A stretch of 64,000 nt of DNA from Acidobacteriota bacterium (lineage in GTDB: Bacteria; Acidobacteriota; Thermoanaerobaculia; Gp7-AA8): positions 1 through 64,000 of the forward strand of contig JAJPHC010000013.1 in assembly GCA_021325515.1 (NCBI GenBank). Direction: 5' to 3'. Positions within the stretch are counted from its first letter, which is position 1; each line of letters opens with the position of its first letter. Below are positions 61,560-64,000 of this stretch, piece by piece. The notes under the pieces were generated by a model. The model was not told where the DNA came from, searched no databases, and saw only the letters and a list, made by a program, of their open reading frames with translations. Both the position numbers and the translations under genes were made by a program.

Positions 61560-62690
61560 TCAGTTCCTGAATACGAGCGCCGGATCGATCGATGCGACCT
61601 TGCGGAACGAGATCATCGACGCGGCGAGACAAAGCACGACCGAGCCGGCGAACACGTAGGCGAAGAGCGGCGTCGGGATCACGAGCTTCAGATCGATCTT
61701 GTAGATGAGCGGCCGCATCGCATACGCCATCAATGCGCCGAGGCCGAAGCCGAGGACCGCGGCGATCGTCGCCTGCTTCGCGAGGATCGAGTAGATGTCG
61801 GCGTTGCCTCCGCCGATCGCTTTCACGGTTCCGAATTCCTTGATGTGCTCCATCGTCGACGTGTAGAGCGTCTGCGCGACGACCACGATGCCGACGAGGC
61901 AGCCGAGGAAGACAGTGAGATACATGTTGAGCCCGAGGCCGGTGGACTCGACCCAGTAGTTGCGCGACCGCGCCGCCCACTCCTTGCCGGTGTAGACGTC
62001 GTTGTAGGGAAGGCGGCGCCGGATCTCCGCCTTCACCTGCTCGACGTTCGCGCCCGGCTCGAGCTTCACGAGGATGTAGGTCGTATTGCCGCGCAGCTCG
62101 CTCGGCACGAGGCTTTGCGCGAGCGTGAAGTTCATGAACGTCAGCGGCGTGGTCGTGAACGACTTCGCTTCCGTGGAGCGGCCGATGATCTTCAGCCGGC
62201 GTCCGATCACCTCGCGGTAATCGCCGATCGCGAACGGCCCGCCGTAACGATGCTCCGCCGAGGAATCGAGGAACATGTAATTGCCGCGGCGAAGGTCTTC
62301 GAGATTGCCGCCGGTGACGTTCCATGGAAAGTTCCACTTCGTGAAGTCTTCCAGAGCGTAGACCTCGGTCCCTTCCACGGAGCCGGTCGGAAGACTGATG
62401 TTCATGAACCAGACGATGAGGTTGTCCGCCGATGCGACGCCGGGAATCGCGCGCACGCGCTTCACGTGCGTCTCGGGGAAGGTGTGCGCGAAGTCGATGT
62501 TCTTTGTGTCGTGCGACGTGATCCAGAGATCGGCGTTGAGGTGCTCGATGGTCAGCGACGCGTTGTCCATGAGGCCGAGGAAGAGGCCGACCTGGACGAA
62601 GACGAGCGTGACGGCGAAGGCGACGCCGCTGACGGTGATCAGAAAGCGAAGCTTGTCGTGCAGCAGCGATTTGGTTGCGAGATCGACCAT
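61560..62690 (-). CDS. ABC transporter permease, FtsX-like (MacB-type)
   Basis: N-terminal TM helix, large periplasmic domain, three C-terminal TM helices (FtsX fold). Confidence 0.8.
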   Translation of the reverse strand: MVDLATKSLLHDKLRFLITVSGVAFAVTLVFVQVGLFLGLMDNASLTIEHLNADLWITSHDTKNIDFAHTFPETHVKRVRAIPGVASADNLIVWFMNISLPTGSVEGTEVYALEDFTKWNFPWNVTGGNLEDLRRGNYMFLDSSAEHRYGGPFAIGDYREVIGRRLKIIGRSTEAKSFTTTPLTFMNFTLAQSLVPSELRGNTTYILVKLEPGANVEQVKAEIRRRLPYNDVYTGKEWAARSRNYWVESTGLGLNMYLTVFLGCLVGIVVVAQTLYTSTMEHIKEFGTVKAIGGGNADIYSILAKQATIAAVLGFGLGALMAYAMRPLIYKIDLKLVIPTPLFAYVFAGSVVLCLAASMISFRKVASIDPALVFRN

Positions 62691-63328
62691 CAGCGGCTCC
62701 GCTTCGGTTTCGAAAGACCATCGATGAGCACGTCGATCATCGACTTGATGCGCTTCTTGAGCGGGCGCCAGTCGACCCAGGGATCGGTGTGTTTCGCGAT
62801 GTTGAGGGCGATGACTCCATGCACGCCGGCCCACACGGTCTGCGACACGAGCTCGACGTCATCGTGCTCCGGACGGAAGCGGCCGGTCTCGATCGCTTCC
62901 CTGATCGCGGAGCAGAGGAACGCGTAGGCGTCCTGCTCCGGATTGCCGCGCTCGATGGCGTTGTCCTCGGGATCGATGGGGGGATGCGGCGTCATGAACA
63001 TCAGCCGGTAGTGATTGGGATGCTCGACCGCGAAGTCGCAGTAGGCGATGCCGGCGCGGCGCACGCGCTCGACGGGGTCGTCGATGCGCGCGATCTTCAG
63101 GAACTGCGCCGCGAGCTTCTGAAAGTCGGAGGTGCAGAGCTCCTGAAGAAGCGATTCCTTGTCTTTGAAGTGGAAGTAGATGGCAGTGGGGGAGTACTCG
63201 ATGCGGTCGGCGATGCGGCGCATCGTGACGGCATCGAACCCCTCGGCGACGAAGAGGTCGCGGGCGGCATCGAGGATGCGGGCTCGGACTTCTTCGCGTT
63301 CTCTTTGTCTACGTTCGGTCGGTCCCAT
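62690..63328 (-). CDS. TetR/AcrR family transcriptional regulator
   Basis: HTH (TMRRIADRIEYSPTAIYFHFKDKESLL). First gene of the efflux operon. Confidence 0.85.
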   Translation of the reverse strand: MGPTERRQREREEVRARILDAARDLFVAEGFDAVTMRRIADRIEYSPTAIYFHFKDKESLLQELCTSDFQKLAAQFLKIARIDDPVERVRRAGIAYCDFAVEHPNHYRLMFMTPHPPIDPEDNAIERGNPEQDAYAFLCSAIREAIETGRFRPEHDDVELVSQTVWAGVHGVIALNIAKHTDPWVDWRPLKKRIKSMIDVLIDGLSKPKRSR

Positions 63329-63340
63329 AACGCGGCTCCA

Positions 63341-63359
63341 TAACTTAACGGTGTTAAGT
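63341..63359. promoter_or_regulatory. putative TetR operator palindrome AACTTAACGGTGTTAAGTT
   Basis: Perfect 8-3-8 inverted repeat 13 bp upstream of the TetR start codon. Confidence 0.5.
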
Positions 63360-63378
63360 TAGGTTTGCGCGTTTGGTT

Positions 63379-63466
63379 TGTCAAGGGGGTGGATGGGACT
63401 GATAGGACGGATGGGACGGATGGGACGGATGGGGAGAATCCCAGGGGTCCTGAGGGCCCCTGGGAT
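63379..63466. repeat. family-A-related element (GGATGGGAC x4) plus GC hairpin
   Basis: GGATGGGACTGATAGGACGGATGGGACGGATGGGACGGATGGGG followed by the palindrome ATCCCAGGGGTCCTGAGGGCCCCTGGGAT. Confidence 0.7.
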
Positions 63467-63473
63467 TCCTGGA

Positions 63474-63719
63474 CTAATGACGCCGGTCGAAGCTGATGCC
63501 TTTTTCGACCTGGTCGATCGCGTTGTTCACAGCCGCGATGGCCTTCTGGCGATGGCCGCCCTTGTCGGCGTCCGCCAGCTCGAGCTCGGCCTTGGCTGCG
63601 CGAAGGTGCTCGAGTGCGGAGTGCATGTGCGGCTGATCGGCAACCGCGCGTCCTGCGAAGAAACCTGTGGCGATGGCGAGGGAAATGATGAGGACAGGGA
63701 GAAGTCTTTTTCGGATCAT
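63474..63719 (-). CDS. hypothetical small secreted protein
   Basis: Signal peptide MIRKRLLPVLIISLAIATGFFAG. 82 aa. Confidence 0.45.
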   Translation of the reverse strand: MIRKRLLPVLIISLAIATGFFAGRAVADQPHMHSALEHLRAAKAELELADADKGGHRQKAIAAVNNAIDQVEKGISFDRRH

Positions 63720-63800
63720 TCCATCTCCTTTCAATCCGGGCCTGTAGCGATATGCTAAAGCAGCCGCGCCTCCCGCGGCGACACTTTCCGAAGGAGAACC

Positions 63801-64000
63801 CATGCATCGAATGCGGACCTTGCTTTTTCTCGCCGCGGCCGCTGCATCCCTGCCGCTCATCGCGGCGGATGCACCGACGCCGGCGGCGGTCAGGAATGCA
63901 GTGCGGATTTTCAGCGGTGACGCGATCGCGGCGCATGACCGCTTCCTCGCGAGCGATCTGCTCGAAGGACGCGGTCCCGGCACGCGCGGCGATCAGCTCG
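63801..64000 (+). CDS. partial CDS (5' end): secreted protein, possibly M28-family peptidase
   Basis: Signal peptide MHRMRTLLFLAAAAASLPLIAA. Continues past the window end. Family assignment is tentative. Confidence 0.35.

Noticed and set aside
60901-62721. 606-aa ORF on the minus strand
   Set aside because: Chimeric. Only the last 218 aa (start 61557) are the ABC ATPase. The upstream part is an alternate frame of the FtsX permease gene.

Overview
This is a high-GC (~65-70%) bacterial chromosomal segment. The gene content (PEP/secreted proteins, ankyrin repeats, many sensor kinases) and repeat style suggest an Acidobacteria-like soil organism. About 66 protein-coding genes are dense on both strands, with one tRNA-like gene. 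They cover signalling (CHASE2 HK/NtrC/FecR, Ser/Thr kinase, propeller hybrid HK, GGDEF-EAL, PilZ-like, ECF sigma/anti-sigma), nitrogen (amtB-glnK), housekeeping (glnS, murB, xth) and many hydrolases, peptidases, transporters and a MacAB-like efflux operon. An octaheme c-type cytochrome is also present. No transposase, integrase, CRISPR array or recognisable defence system was seen. The most striking sequence-level feature is a set of at least six unrelated families of short palindromic REP/MITE-like elements, most built from tandem 7-14-bp units arranged as hairpins and most sitting in intergenic gaps. One family has a copy inserted in-frame inside an amidase gene. Another brackets a GGDEF-EAL gene. 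Many long ORFs in the six-frame track are antisense or chimeric artefacts of the high GC content. I did not find a novel multi-gene biological system in this window; the repeat families are the strongest candidates for something previously undescribed.
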